From a virus, in the UHGV virus genome UHGV-0324630: a stretch of 37,666 nt of DNA. One strand, given 5' to 3'. The notes beneath the pieces were generated by a model, which was not told where the DNA came from, made no database searches, and worked only from the letters and a program-made list of their open reading frames with translations. Position numbers and translations under genes: made by a program. Positions 15,206-23,466 of the stretch are shown piece by piece. Numbering within the stretch: the first letter of the stretch is position 1; every line of letters begins with the position of its first letter.

Positions 15206-16042
15206 ATGGCTAATGAAAAAAAGACATCCCGCAAAAAGTTTCGCGTGGCTGTCTCCGGATCAACTGTTGATGGCCGCGAAATCAGTCCGGTGCATCTGCG
15301 TGAAGCCGCCGAGAACTTCAACCCGGATGTTTACGCCGCCCGCGTGAACGTTGAGCACTATCTCTCGCCATGCCCGTCAAGCGAATTTTCCGCAATGGGC
15401 GATGTCACCGCGCTGAGTACGGAAGACATTACGGAAGGTCCGCTGGCCGGACGTACTGCGCTGTATGCAGAAATCGAACCGACCGAGCGCATGAAGCAGC
15501 TTGTCGCGGACGGCAAGAAAATCTATTCCAGTATCGAACTGCACCCGCAGTTCTCCGTTAACGGGCGCGCCTATCTGGTTGGGCTGGCGATGACCGACAC
15601 CCCGGCAAGCCTGGGCACTGAACGCCTGAAATTCACGGCACAGCAACGTCAGGCGGTGATGACGTTCAACAGTGTCCAGGGTGAAGCACCGCTTATCTCC
15701 GAAGCCATCGAGTCTGAAATCATCGAAATGGCAGAACAATGCCAGGAAGAAGGCACCCAGTGGTTTAACCGCGTAATGGGGATTATTGGCCGTGGCCGCA
15801 AAGCGGATGACGCCAGTTTCTCCCGTATTCAGGAAGCGGTGGAAGGCGTCGCAACGTCACAGGCCGACATTATCGACCGTTTTAATACGCTGGAAACCCG
15901 CCATCAGCAGGACAGCCAGAAAATCACGTCACTGACCACAGAGCTGACAGCACTGAAGGAGAAACTGCGCACGCAGGACGGCGATCCGCAGAACCGGTTC
16001 ACCGCAACGGGCGCAGCCTCCGACCAGCTGGCTGACTTCTGA
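15206..16042 (+). CDS. O: Capsid scaffolding protein, P2 gpO-like
   Basis: Start taken at ATG 15206 (MANEKKTSRKKFRVAVSGSTVDGREIS), preceded by a GAGGGG RBS; resembles the P2 gpO N-terminus (from memory). The track start at 15173 is probably upstream of the true start. Confidence 0.85.
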   Translation: MANEKKTSRKKFRVAVSGSTVDGREISPVHLREAAENFNPDVYAARVNVEHYLSPCPSSEFSAMGDVTALSTEDITEGPLAGRTALYAEIEPTERMKQLVADGKKIYSSIELHPQFSVNGRAYLVGLAMTDTPASLGTERLKFTAQQRQAVMTFNSVQGEAPLISEAIESEIIEMAEQCQEEGTQWFNRVMGIIGRGRKADDASFSRIQEAVEGVATSQADIIDRFNTLETRHQQDSQKITSLTTELTALKEKLRTQDGDPQNRFTATGAASDQLADF

Positions 16043-16064
16043 TAAGACAAAGGAGCAAATTTTT

Positions 16065-17117
16065 ATGAATCTGGTGATGTCAGATATTACCCGCAACAAG
16101 CTGGGTTGCTATATGGCGCAGCAGGCGTCGCTTAACAATATCCCGGTTTCTGCGCTGGTATCGAGATTTACCGTGGAACCCGCGGTGCAGCAGCGTTTTG
16201 AAAACGCCTCAAAGGACAGCACAGAATTAACGAAAAGAATTAACGTGATCGGCGTGACCGACCAGAAAGGCGAAAAAATCCTCCTGGACACCACAGGACC
16301 GATTGCGCGCACGAATACCAGTTATGACGGCACAAAACGCCGTAACCCGAATAACGTGGTTAATCTGAAAAACCGCAAATACCAGTGCGAACAGGTGAAC
16401 TACGACACGTTTATTTCGTATCCGCAGCTTGATGCCTGGTCGGCACACCCTGATTTTCAGTCCCGCATCAGCGCACAGATTGCCCGACAGGTGGCGCTTG
16501 ACCGCATCATGATCGGTTTCAACGGCACGTCTCACGCGGATGAGTCCAACTTCAGCACCAACAAGCTGCTTCAGGACGTTAACGTGGGCTGGCTGGAGCA
16601 CATCAGAACCGACGCCAGCGAACGCGTTATGAATGACGTGACGCTGACCTCCCGCAACATGGACAACACCGTGGCGCACGTGGGTAAGTATGCGAACGCT
16701 GATGCACTGGTACAGGACGCGCGTTCATCCCTGCTGGATGAATGGCACAAGGAAGCTGACGACCTCGTGGTGATTATGGGGCGCAACCTGTTTAACTCGC
16801 TGCGTCTGCCCGTGCTGAACAGCATCAGCGGCCAGAATCCCAATGCGGAATTACTTGCCGGGCAGCTCATCCTGTCATCGCGCACCATTGGCGGGCTGGG
16901 CGTGTTCCTTGCGCCGTTCTTCCCGGATGCAACGATGCTGATCACCTCGTTCAACAACCTGTCGATTTACTGGCAGAAAGGTTCAATGCGTCGTCTGATG
17001 AAAGACGAACCGGAATACAACCGTATCGCCACCTACCAGTCCATCAATGACGCTTATGTCGTTGAAGACTATGGCAAGTGCGCGATGGTCACTGGCCTGA
17101 AGTTCGCCGACAGCTAA
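16065..17117 (+). CDS. N: Major capsid protein, P2 gpN-like
   Basis: 350-aa ORF; motifs FTVEP, QKGEKI, KYQCEQVN, GFNGTS, VGWLE, LSIYW, DAYVVEDYG align with my memory of P2 gpN. Confidence 0.92.
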   Translation: MNLVMSDITRNKLGCYMAQQASLNNIPVSALVSRFTVEPAVQQRFENASKDSTELTKRINVIGVTDQKGEKILLDTTGPIARTNTSYDGTKRRNPNNVVNLKNRKYQCEQVNYDTFISYPQLDAWSAHPDFQSRISAQIARQVALDRIMIGFNGTSHADESNFSTNKLLQDVNVGWLEHIRTDASERVMNDVTLTSRNMDNTVAHVGKYANADALVQDARSSLLDEWHKEADDLVVIMGRNLFNSLRLPVLNSISGQNPNAELLAGQLILSSRTIGGLGVFLAPFFPDATMLITSFNNLSIYWQKGSMRRLMKDEPEYNRIATYQSINDAYVVEDYGKCAMVTGLKFADS

Positions 17118-17162
17118 TCAACTCACGGCGGGCATCATGCCCGCCTGTAACGGAGAGAAAAA

Positions 17163-17963
17163 ATGATTACTCCTGCACAGCAACACTGGCAGAACGTGAT
17201 GGCACAGCGCGCAGGCCGGGCGAATGAAGGCGTGGACCACGCCGCGCGTACCGCGCATGAAGAGGTGCTGTATCGTCTGCGTCTGGCACAGGCCCGGCTT
17301 AAGGGCGTACAGGCCAGAAGCGCGAAAGCCGCCATCAAAAAAGAGTTGTTGCCGGACTTTTCCGGCTGGATTGAGGGAACGCTGGAGGCTGACGGCGGGC
17401 AGCAGGACGAAGTGATTGCCACGCTGATGGTGTGGGCGATTGACTGCGGCGATCTTCCGCTTGCGCTGCGTATTGGCGCGTATGTGGTCCGTCACAACCT
17501 CATCATGCCGGATAACTTTGGCCGTACTGCTGCCACAGTGCTGACCGAAGAAATCTGCAACCCGGTACTGACGCAGGCCGGGACGGATGCCGACGCGGAT
17601 TTGTCCGCCTTTATCGAACCACTGGATACCCTCCGGGAGATTGTCACCGACCAGGACATGCCGGACGAAGTGCGCGCCAAATTATGCAAGGCGTGCGCCT
17701 TTGCCCGCCGTGGCCTGAGCGATGCGGACAGCATGGCCCTGTCACTGAAGCTGCTGCGCGAAGCAATGCACCTGAACCCGAACGCAGGTGTGAAACGCGA
17801 GATTGCAACCCTTTCCCGCGCCCTGAAAAAAGCCGATTCCGCAGCCGCACCAGAAGATGCCAGCACACCGCAGGCGCAGGACGAAAGCAGCAAAAGTAAA
17901 AAGACAACGCGGAAGCCTGCAACACGAAAAACCACCGCGACGCAGAAGGCGAAGCGCGGTTAA
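17163..17963 (+). CDS. M: Terminase small (endonuclease) subunit, P2 gpM-like
   Basis: 266-aa ORF following the capsid gene, with a basic C-terminal tail; position and size match gpM. Confidence 0.85.
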   Translation: MITPAQQHWQNVMAQRAGRANEGVDHAARTAHEEVLYRLRLAQARLKGVQARSAKAAIKKELLPDFSGWIEGTLEADGGQQDEVIATLMVWAIDCGDLPLALRIGAYVVRHNLIMPDNFGRTAATVLTEEICNPVLTQAGTDADADLSAFIEPLDTLREIVTDQDMPDEVRAKLCKACAFARRGLSDADSMALSLKLLREAMHLNPNAGVKREIATLSRALKKADSAAAPEDASTPQAQDESSKSKKTTRKPATRKTTATQKAKRG

Positions 17964-18064
17964 CGACTGACCCCGTCAGCGGGCGGCGTACGCGGTGTTC
18001 CGGTTTGACTCCGTGACCGTTTACACCGCGCACCCACCGCCCGATTTTTTCAGGAGTGAACCCC

Positions 18065-18559
18065 ATGAGTATGGTTGCCAGAACCAACCCCGGACCCGCA
18101 GAGGACGACATCACCGATACCGATGATGGTGATACCCGTATTTCAGCGGGTGCATTCTGGCCGGATATTGTGCTGCGTGAACTGCGTCTGGCGGTACGAC
18201 TGCCGGGCCGTGTGACCACCTCCCGCCTGCTGCATACCGCCACCGGGGCCGTGGCACACGTTACCCGCGAGCTGGAAGCGTGGCAGCAGGAACAGCAGGC
18301 GGCTGGCCATCAGACGCTGGCCGATGTTCCGGCACCCGTAATTAACGGAGAAAGCGTCAATCTCTGGCACTGGCGCAATGCGGTTTACACCGCCACACGC
18401 GCCCTGATTCTGGAGCGTTACCGCGATGCGGACACAACGGACAAGGGCGACCGCCGGGCGGACGCACTGGATATACAGACATCGGATTTGTGGCGCGATA
18501 TGAGCTGGGCCATCTCTGACATTCTGTGCCGCCCGCGAATCTTTGCGGAGTTGTGCTGA
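18065..18559 (+). CDS. L: Head completion/stabilisation protein, P2 gpL-like
   Basis: Start taken at ATG 18065 (AGGAG RBS 9 nt upstream); about 164 aa; position after gpM. Confidence 0.8.
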   Translation: MSMVARTNPGPAEDDITDTDDGDTRISAGAFWPDIVLRELRLAVRLPGRVTTSRLLHTATGAVAHVTRELEAWQQEQQAAGHQTLADVPAPVINGESVNLWHWRNAVYTATRALILERYRDADTTDKGDRRADALDIQTSDLWRDMSWAISDILCRPRIFAELC

Positions 18560-18759
18560 TGAAAGTGAAGGCACTGGAAGGCGACACCGTGGATTCGCTC
18601 TGTTTCCGGTACTACGGCACGACGCAGGGCGTCACCGAAAAGGTGCTGGATGCCAACCCCGGACTCTGTCAGCAGGTATTTCTGGACGCCGGGCAGGAAG
18701 TGGAGATGCCGGAGCCGGAGAAGAAGAAACGAGAAATGATTCAGTTGTGGGGGGAGTAG
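18559..18759 (+). CDS. X: Tail protein X (P2 gpX-like, LysM-like small protein)
   Basis: ATG at 18559 overlaps the gpL stop; MKVKALEGDTVDSLCFRYYGTTQGVTEKVLDANPGL resembles P2 gpX (MKTFALQGDTLDAICVRYYGRTEGVVETVLAANPGL, from memory). Confidence 0.8.
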   Translation: MKVKALEGDTVDSLCFRYYGTTQGVTEKVLDANPGLCQQVFLDAGQEVEMPEPEKKKREMIQLWGE

Positions 18760-18761
18760 CA

Positions 18762-19085
18762 GTGAGCACCATTCAAACAGGGATCACAGAGCAGGTTATT
18801 GCGTGGCTCTTTGACCACCTGCCAACGGTGTATGCAGTAGGCGCGGCGGTCAGCATTTCCGCGCTGATGAGTCTTTATGACGGACGAACTCTGGTTCAGA
18901 CCGTAACGGGATCGCTGGCGTGCGGCGTTCTTGCCATGGCCGTGGCCGGGTCGTTGCGCTTCTTCGGTTTTCCTGAAGATGCCGTGACGTTTATCGGCGC
19001 ATCAATCGGTTTTATGGGTGCAGAGAAAGCACGCGACAAGGTTATTGCGGCCTTTAATCGCAGGGTGAAGGAGAAGGACGAATGA
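18762..19085 (+). CDS. Holin (P2 gpY-like position)
   Basis: GTG start with GGGGGA RBS; about 107 aa with hydrophobic helices (VIAWLFDHLPTVYAVGAAVSISALM; GSLACGVLAMAVAGSL) and a charged C-terminus; the long N-terminal extension in the track (from 18543) overlaps gpL/gpX and is rejected. Confidence 0.7.
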   Translation: MSTIQTGITEQVIAWLFDHLPTVYAVGAAVSISALMSLYDGRTLVQTVTGSLACGVLAMAVAGSLRFFGFPEDAVTFIGASIGFMGAEKARDKVIAAFNRRVKEKDE

Positions 19086-19474
19086 GCAACACATTTAAAT
19101 TCAGCAGCCGGAGCGAAAAGAATTTGCAGGGCGTAAATCCTGATCTGGTGAAAGTGACCCGACGGGCACTGGAAATCTCGGAAGTGGATTTTGGTATCAC
19201 CGAAGGGTTGCGCAGCCGTTACCGCCAGAAGCAACTGGTGGCCACGGGTAAGAGCCAGACCATGAACAGCCGCCACCTTACGGGGCATGCCGTGGATGTT
19301 GTGGCTTATATCGGCAGCCAGGTGTCATGGGAATGGCCGCTGTACGAAAAAATCGCAGCAGCATTCAGACAGGCCAGCCGGGAACTGAATATTCCGGTGG
19401 AATGGGGCGGCGACTGGAAGACCCTGAAAGACGGACCGCATTTTCAGTTACCACACGGAGCCTATCCGGCATGA
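19082..19474 (+). CDS. Endolysin, L-alanyl-D-glutamate peptidase (M15/VanY-like zinc peptidase)
   Basis: 130-aa ORF; HLTGHAVDVVAY ... WGGDW ... DGPHFQL fits the H-x6-D ... H zinc-binding pattern of M15 peptidase endolysins. Confidence 0.8.
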   Translation: MSNTFKFSSRSEKNLQGVNPDLVKVTRRALEISEVDFGITEGLRSRYRQKQLVATGKSQTMNSRHLTGHAVDVVAYIGSQVSWEWPLYEKIAAAFRQASRELNIPVEWGGDWKTLKDGPHFQLPHGAYPA

Positions 19475-19878
19475 AGCTCTGGCCCACGCTGGGCGTCGCT
19501 TTCCTTCTGATTGCCGCATGGGGAACATCCATGCGTCTGTCGTGGTCGCTGGGCCGGGAGAACGCCAGAAACGAAGCGCAGGCCAGCACCCTGAAAAGTA
19601 CCGTCGACACCCTGAATATCATCAGCGCCGGGGTACAGGATATGCAGCAGGTGCTGGCACAACTCCGCGTGGAAAATCAGCAACGCAATCAGGACGGAGA
19701 GGCCAGACGTGAACAGCTACGCAACGATATTGCAAAAGATGAATGCGCCCACGCTTTGCCTGATGCTCGTTTTACTGACAGGTTGCGCAGGCACGCTGAA
19801 CGCGCCACGGCCAGCGCCGTCAGTCCGGCTTATACCGCAGACGCTGACCATACCGGTAACGCCGCCCCCCTTCCCTGA
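19471..19878 (+). CDS. i-spanin (Rz/LysB-like): N-terminal TM anchor plus coiled-coil periplasmic domain
   Basis: ATG 19471 overlaps the endolysin stop (ATGA); MKLWPTLGVAFLLIAAWGTS then a charged, Q/R-rich helical region. Confidence 0.7.
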   Translation: MKLWPTLGVAFLLIAAWGTSMRLSWSLGRENARNEAQASTLKSTVDTLNIISAGVQDMQQVLAQLRVENQQRNQDGEARREQLRNDIAKDECAHALPDARFTDRLRRHAERATASAVSPAYTADADHTGNAAPLP

Positions 19879-20029
19879 CACTCCCACATGGGGAAATCTC
19901 GGTATATGGGGCGACCGCCTTCTGGATGCACTGGAAACCTGTAACGCGGATAAACGGGCCATTGAATTACTGGAGCAGCGCAGACTGCAACGACTGAACA
20001 ACGAGGACAACAGCCATGCTGAAAACTGA
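19739..20029 (+). CDS. o-spanin (Rz1/LysC-like outer-membrane lipoprotein) in the +1 frame, overlapping the i-spanin 3' end and the gpR start
   Basis: MNAPTLCLMLVLLTGCAG has a lipobox (LLTGC); proline-rich mature region; starts inside the i-spanin gene. Confidence 0.65.
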   Translation: MNAPTLCLMLVLLTGCAGTLNAPRPAPSVRLIPQTLTIPVTPPPFPDTPTWGNLGIWGDRLLDALETCNADKRAIELLEQRRLQRLNNEDNSHAEN

Positions 20030-20483
20030 TTCCCTGCGTGAAGCCATGACCCGTTCATGTCGATGGTGTCACGCCAACCCGGAGAAATTCACCATTTTCG
20101 TGGAGAGCGGCAACATTGAAACGACCGGAGAAACTCCCTCGTTTGTTTACCGCTATCAGATGGTGATGTTTGTCATGGATTACGCCGGGGAGCTGGACGA
20201 CCTCACGCTGCCGCTGCTGGCGTGGTTATCCGAAAATCAGCCACAGTTGTTGCTCAACCCTGAGCGTAATCAGGACATCAAATTCTCCGCCGTTATCAAT
20301 GACGATGACAGCGCCGATCTCCTGTTTACGCTCCCCCTGCGGGAACGCGTTCGCATCACGCGCAGCAGTCAGGGCACACCGCAGGCAGAACACCTGCCGG
20401 AGCCAAAACCCCGTCTGCCCTCTTCCGAAGGCGACTGGTCGCATGTATTCCAGGATGTGACGTGGGGTGAAAGCGATGGATAA
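20016..20483 (+). CDS. R: Tail completion protein, P2 gpR-like
   Basis: 155-aa ORF, same length and position as P2 gpR. Confidence 0.8.
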   Translation: MLKTDSLREAMTRSCRWCHANPEKFTIFVESGNIETTGETPSFVYRYQMVMFVMDYAGELDDLTLPLLAWLSENQPQLLLNPERNQDIKFSAVINDDDSADLLFTLPLRERVRITRSSQGTPQAEHLPEPKPRLPSSEGDWSHVFQDVTWGESDG

Positions 20484-21111
20484 GGCATTCACCCGCGTGG
20501 ATGAAACCTTTGAGGCCATCCGCGACAGCCTGAATCAGCAGGCCATCAATAACATCGCCAGAAAGCTGGCACAGGATTTACGTCGCGCCCAGCAGGCACG
20601 TATCCGGTCACAGAAAGCGCCGGACGGGACCGCATGGACACCACGCAAACGCCGTGTAACCCGGATACAGGAACGCATTCGCTTTATCTGGAATAACGAA
20701 GCACGCACGCTGAAAAACTGGCATCACGACACGGGGAAATACGGGCGAACCATCACCGGGTGGGATGAGGATAAAAACAACATCCGCACGTTTTACCGGG
20801 ATGACATCGACCGCTTTCTGGAAATACGCACCCGGCGCATCAACCAGGACAGCACAAAGCGCGTCCCCATGTTCGTAAAACTGCGCACCGCCCGCTACCT
20901 GAAAGCCCGTGCAGATGCTTCCGGTGTGACGGTGGGTTACAGCGGCGTGGCCGCACGTATTGCCCGCGTTCATCAGTTCGGTGAGCGCGATCAGGTTGCG
21001 CCGGGCATTTTCACCGATTACCCGGTACGTGAGTTGCTGGGTATCAGCCAGGCAGATGAGCGCCTGATTTATAACACGGTGCTGGGCCGGATTGCGGAGG
21101 CTGTACGGTGA
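20476..21111 (+). CDS. S: Tail completion / virion morphogenesis protein, P2 gpS-like, apparently with a ~60-aa central insertion
   Basis: N-terminal ...QQARIRSQKAPDGTAWTPRKR and C-terminal MFVKLRTARYLKARAD...ARIARVHQFGERD resemble the gpS family; 211 aa from ATG 20476 versus about 150 aa for P2 gpS (from memory). Confidence 0.75.
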   Translation: MDKAFTRVDETFEAIRDSLNQQAINNIARKLAQDLRRAQQARIRSQKAPDGTAWTPRKRRVTRIQERIRFIWNNEARTLKNWHHDTGKYGRTITGWDEDKNNIRTFYRDDIDRFLEIRTRRINQDSTKRVPMFVKLRTARYLKARADASGVTVGYSGVAARIARVHQFGERDQVAPGIFTDYPVRELLGISQADERLIYNTVLGRIAEAVR

Positions 21112-21689
21112 GCGCAGAACTCATGCGACTGCTGAGCAATATCATCCGCACCGGGATCATCTCTGAAGTTGATGAGAAGTCCTGGCGCGTGCGCGTTCGC
21201 AGCGGCGAACTGGAAACAGGCTGGTTGCGCTGGAACACCACGCGCGCGGGAGCCTTCAATGTGTGGCTGCCGCCATCACCAGGCGAACAGGTGGCAATTG
21301 CCTGCATTGGCGGCAACCCGGAAACCGCCATGATAATTGGCAGCCTGTGGAGTGATGCCAATCCGGCCCCCGGCAAAAGCCTGAAAGAAATCGTGGTCAG
21401 CGCGCCGGACGGCGCGGTGTTCCGCTACGACGCGGACGCAGGCGCACTGAGTGCCAGCGGCATGAAAACGGCCACTTTGCAGGCATCCGTCAGCGTGAAA
21501 CTGGATACGCCCGTCGTGGAATGCACAAACCTTCTGAAAACAGCCGAGATTGACGTCACAAAAGGGGGAAAGATGAGCGGCAATATCACGCACAGTGGCG
21601 GCGATTTCACCTCAAACGGCATCACAGTGCATACGCATAAGCACGGTGGCGTTAAAGGTGGCAGCGATTCGACAGGAGGCCCGCAGTGA
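21108..21689 (+). CDS. V: Baseplate assembly protein V (spike), P2 gpV-like
   Basis: GTG start with GGAGG RBS; IIRTGIISEVDEKSWRVRV...GEQVAIACIGG...VECTNLLKTAEIDVTKGGKMSGNITHSGGDFTSNGITVHTHKHGG aligns with P2 gpV from memory. Confidence 0.88.
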   Translation: MSAELMRLLSNIIRTGIISEVDEKSWRVRVRSGELETGWLRWNTTRAGAFNVWLPPSPGEQVAIACIGGNPETAMIIGSLWSDANPAPGKSLKEIVVSAPDGAVFRYDADAGALSASGMKTATLQASVSVKLDTPVVECTNLLKTAEIDVTKGGKMSGNITHSGGDFTSNGITVHTHKHGGVKGGSDSTGGPQ

Positions 21690-22036
21690 CAACCCGCTAC
21701 ACAGGAATGAACCAGGACGGAACGGGAAACCTGAACGATATGGAGCACCTGAAACAGTCAGTCAGGGACATCCTGACCACCCCGCTGGCAAGCCGGGTTA
21801 TGCGACGGGAATATGGCAGCCTTGTGCCTGATTTGATTGACGAACCCATGAATAACACCACGCGTCTGCAATGCATGAGTGCTGCCGTGATTGCACTGAC
21901 ACGATGGGAACCCCGCATTGCCCTGGATGCCATCGACGTTGTCTGGAAAGCGGGAGGCCGCGCCGGGGTGACGCTGTCGGGCACTGTCATGCAGACCATG
22001 CAGAATGTTGAATTAACCATCACGCTGAGGGAGTAA
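21686..22036 (+). CDS. W: Baseplate wedge protein W, P2 gpW-like (gp25-like)
   Basis: MTTRYTGMNQDG...SRVMRREYGSLVPDLIDEP resembles P2 gpW (MTARYLGMNRSDG...SRVMRRDYGSL) from memory. Confidence 0.88.
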   Translation: MTTRYTGMNQDGTGNLNDMEHLKQSVRDILTTPLASRVMRREYGSLVPDLIDEPMNNTTRLQCMSAAVIALTRWEPRIALDAIDVVWKAGGRAGVTLSGTVMQTMQNVELTITLRE

Positions 22037-22039
22037 ATC

Positions 22040-22936
22040 ATGCCCGCCGTTGACCTTTCACAGTTACCGGAACCCGCCATCATCGCGGAGCCTGACTTTG
22101 AAGCAATTCTGGCTGACACAAAGGCCATGATGATTGCGGCTTATCCCGCCGAACAGCGTGAAGCCGTCTCCGCCGCGCTGGAACTGGAATCAGAACCACT
22201 GAACGTTATCGCTCAAACCATGTCTTTTCGTGAAATGCTGTTACGCCAGCGGGTCAATGAGGGTGCACGCGCCTGCATGTTAAGCCACAGCGTCGGGACA
22301 GACCTGGACAACCTCGCGGGCAATATGAACACAAAGCGCCTGGTTATCACTCCGGCAACGGATACCACCGACGCGGTGATGGAAAGCGACACCTCGCTGA
22401 GACTGCGGGCGCAACGGGCGTATGACGGTCTGAGTGTTGCTGGCCCGTCAGGCGCATACGAGTATTTTGCACGCAGCGCCAGCGGTCTGGTACGCGACGC
22501 GCGAGCCATCAGCCCGTCTCCGGCCAACGTGACGGTTTCCATTCTGTCCACTGAAGGCGACGGCACAGCAACGGAGGCGTTGCTTAATACCGTTCGCGCC
22601 GTTCTGAATGCAGAGGATACCCGCCCGGTGGCCGACCGCCTGACGGTACAGAGCGCCAGAATCGTGACATGGCGGCTGAATGCAAAACTGTTCTTTTACC
22701 CCGGCCCGGAATCCGAACCTATTCTGGCTGCGGCGGAATCGTCGTTCAGGAAGTGGCTGGCTGAGCAGGGGCTTATCGGTCAGGACGTGGCGCTGTCAGC
22801 CATTGCTGCCGCACTGCATGTGCACGGCGTGCAACGCGTGGAGATAATCGAACCCACACAGAATATGGCCATCAGCGACATACAGGCGGCGCGCTGTGAG
22901 TCATTCACCATCAGCGAAGGTGGGCGTAATGAGTAA
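22040..22936 (+). CDS. J: Baseplate protein J, P2 gpJ-like
   Basis: 298-aa ORF with GAGGGAG RBS; position and length match gpJ. Confidence 0.88.
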   Translation: MPAVDLSQLPEPAIIAEPDFEAILADTKAMMIAAYPAEQREAVSAALELESEPLNVIAQTMSFREMLLRQRVNEGARACMLSHSVGTDLDNLAGNMNTKRLVITPATDTTDAVMESDTSLRLRAQRAYDGLSVAGPSGAYEYFARSASGLVRDARAISPSPANVTVSILSTEGDGTATEALLNTVRAVLNAEDTRPVADRLTVQSARIVTWRLNAKLFFYPGPESEPILAAAESSFRKWLAEQGLIGQDVALSAIAAALHVHGVQRVEIIEPTQNMAISDIQAARCESFTISEGGRNE

Positions 22937-23456
22937 TTCACTGTTACCGCCATCAGCCAGCAGTTTCATGCGTTGTGCCGAAGCCGTCGGGACACGCATT
23001 ACAGACATTCCGGTAGACCTCAACACGCTGTGGTCGCCGGATACCTGCCCGGTGCATCTGCTGCCTTATCTCGCCTGGGCATTTTCCGTTGACCGCTGGG
23101 ATCGCAACTGGCCGGAAGAGACAAAGCGACAGGTGATTCGTGATGCATGGCTGATACACCGACACAAGGGAACCATCAGCGCACTGCGCCGGGCCATTGA
23201 GCCGCTGGGATATCTCATTCGTGTGTCTGAGTGGTGGGAGTTCGACGGCGAACCCGGAACATTCAAGGTTGATGTTGGCACGCTGGACAGTGGTGTGACC
23301 GAGGAAATGTATCTGGAAATGGAACGGCTGATTGCCGATGCCAAACCCGCAAGTCGCCACCTTATCGGCCTGAACATTATCCAGGACATTCCTGGCTATC
23401 TGTATACAGGCGGTGTGGTCTGTGATGGTGATGTTATTACTGTTTATCCCGGATAA
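22929..23456 (+). CDS. I: Baseplate/tail protein I, P2 gpI-like
   Basis: Start taken at ATG 22929; ...LWSPDTCPVHLLPYLAWAFSVDRWDRNWPEETKRQVIRDAWLIHRHKGTISALRRAIEPLGYLIRVSEWWE closely resembles P2 gpI from memory. Confidence 0.85.
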   Translation: MSNSLLPPSASSFMRCAEAVGTRITDIPVDLNTLWSPDTCPVHLLPYLAWAFSVDRWDRNWPEETKRQVIRDAWLIHRHKGTISALRRAIEPLGYLIRVSEWWEFDGEPGTFKVDVGTLDSGVTEEMYLEMERLIADAKPASRHLIGLNIIQDIPGYLYTGGVVCDGDVITVYPG

Positions 23457-23466
23457 GTGAGAAACA

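Noticed and set aside
18543-18761. N-terminal extension of the holin ORF (track start 18543)
   Set aside because: The extension overlaps gpL/gpX in another frame and is Arg/Gly-rich; a GTG with RBS at 18762 gives a holin-sized protein.
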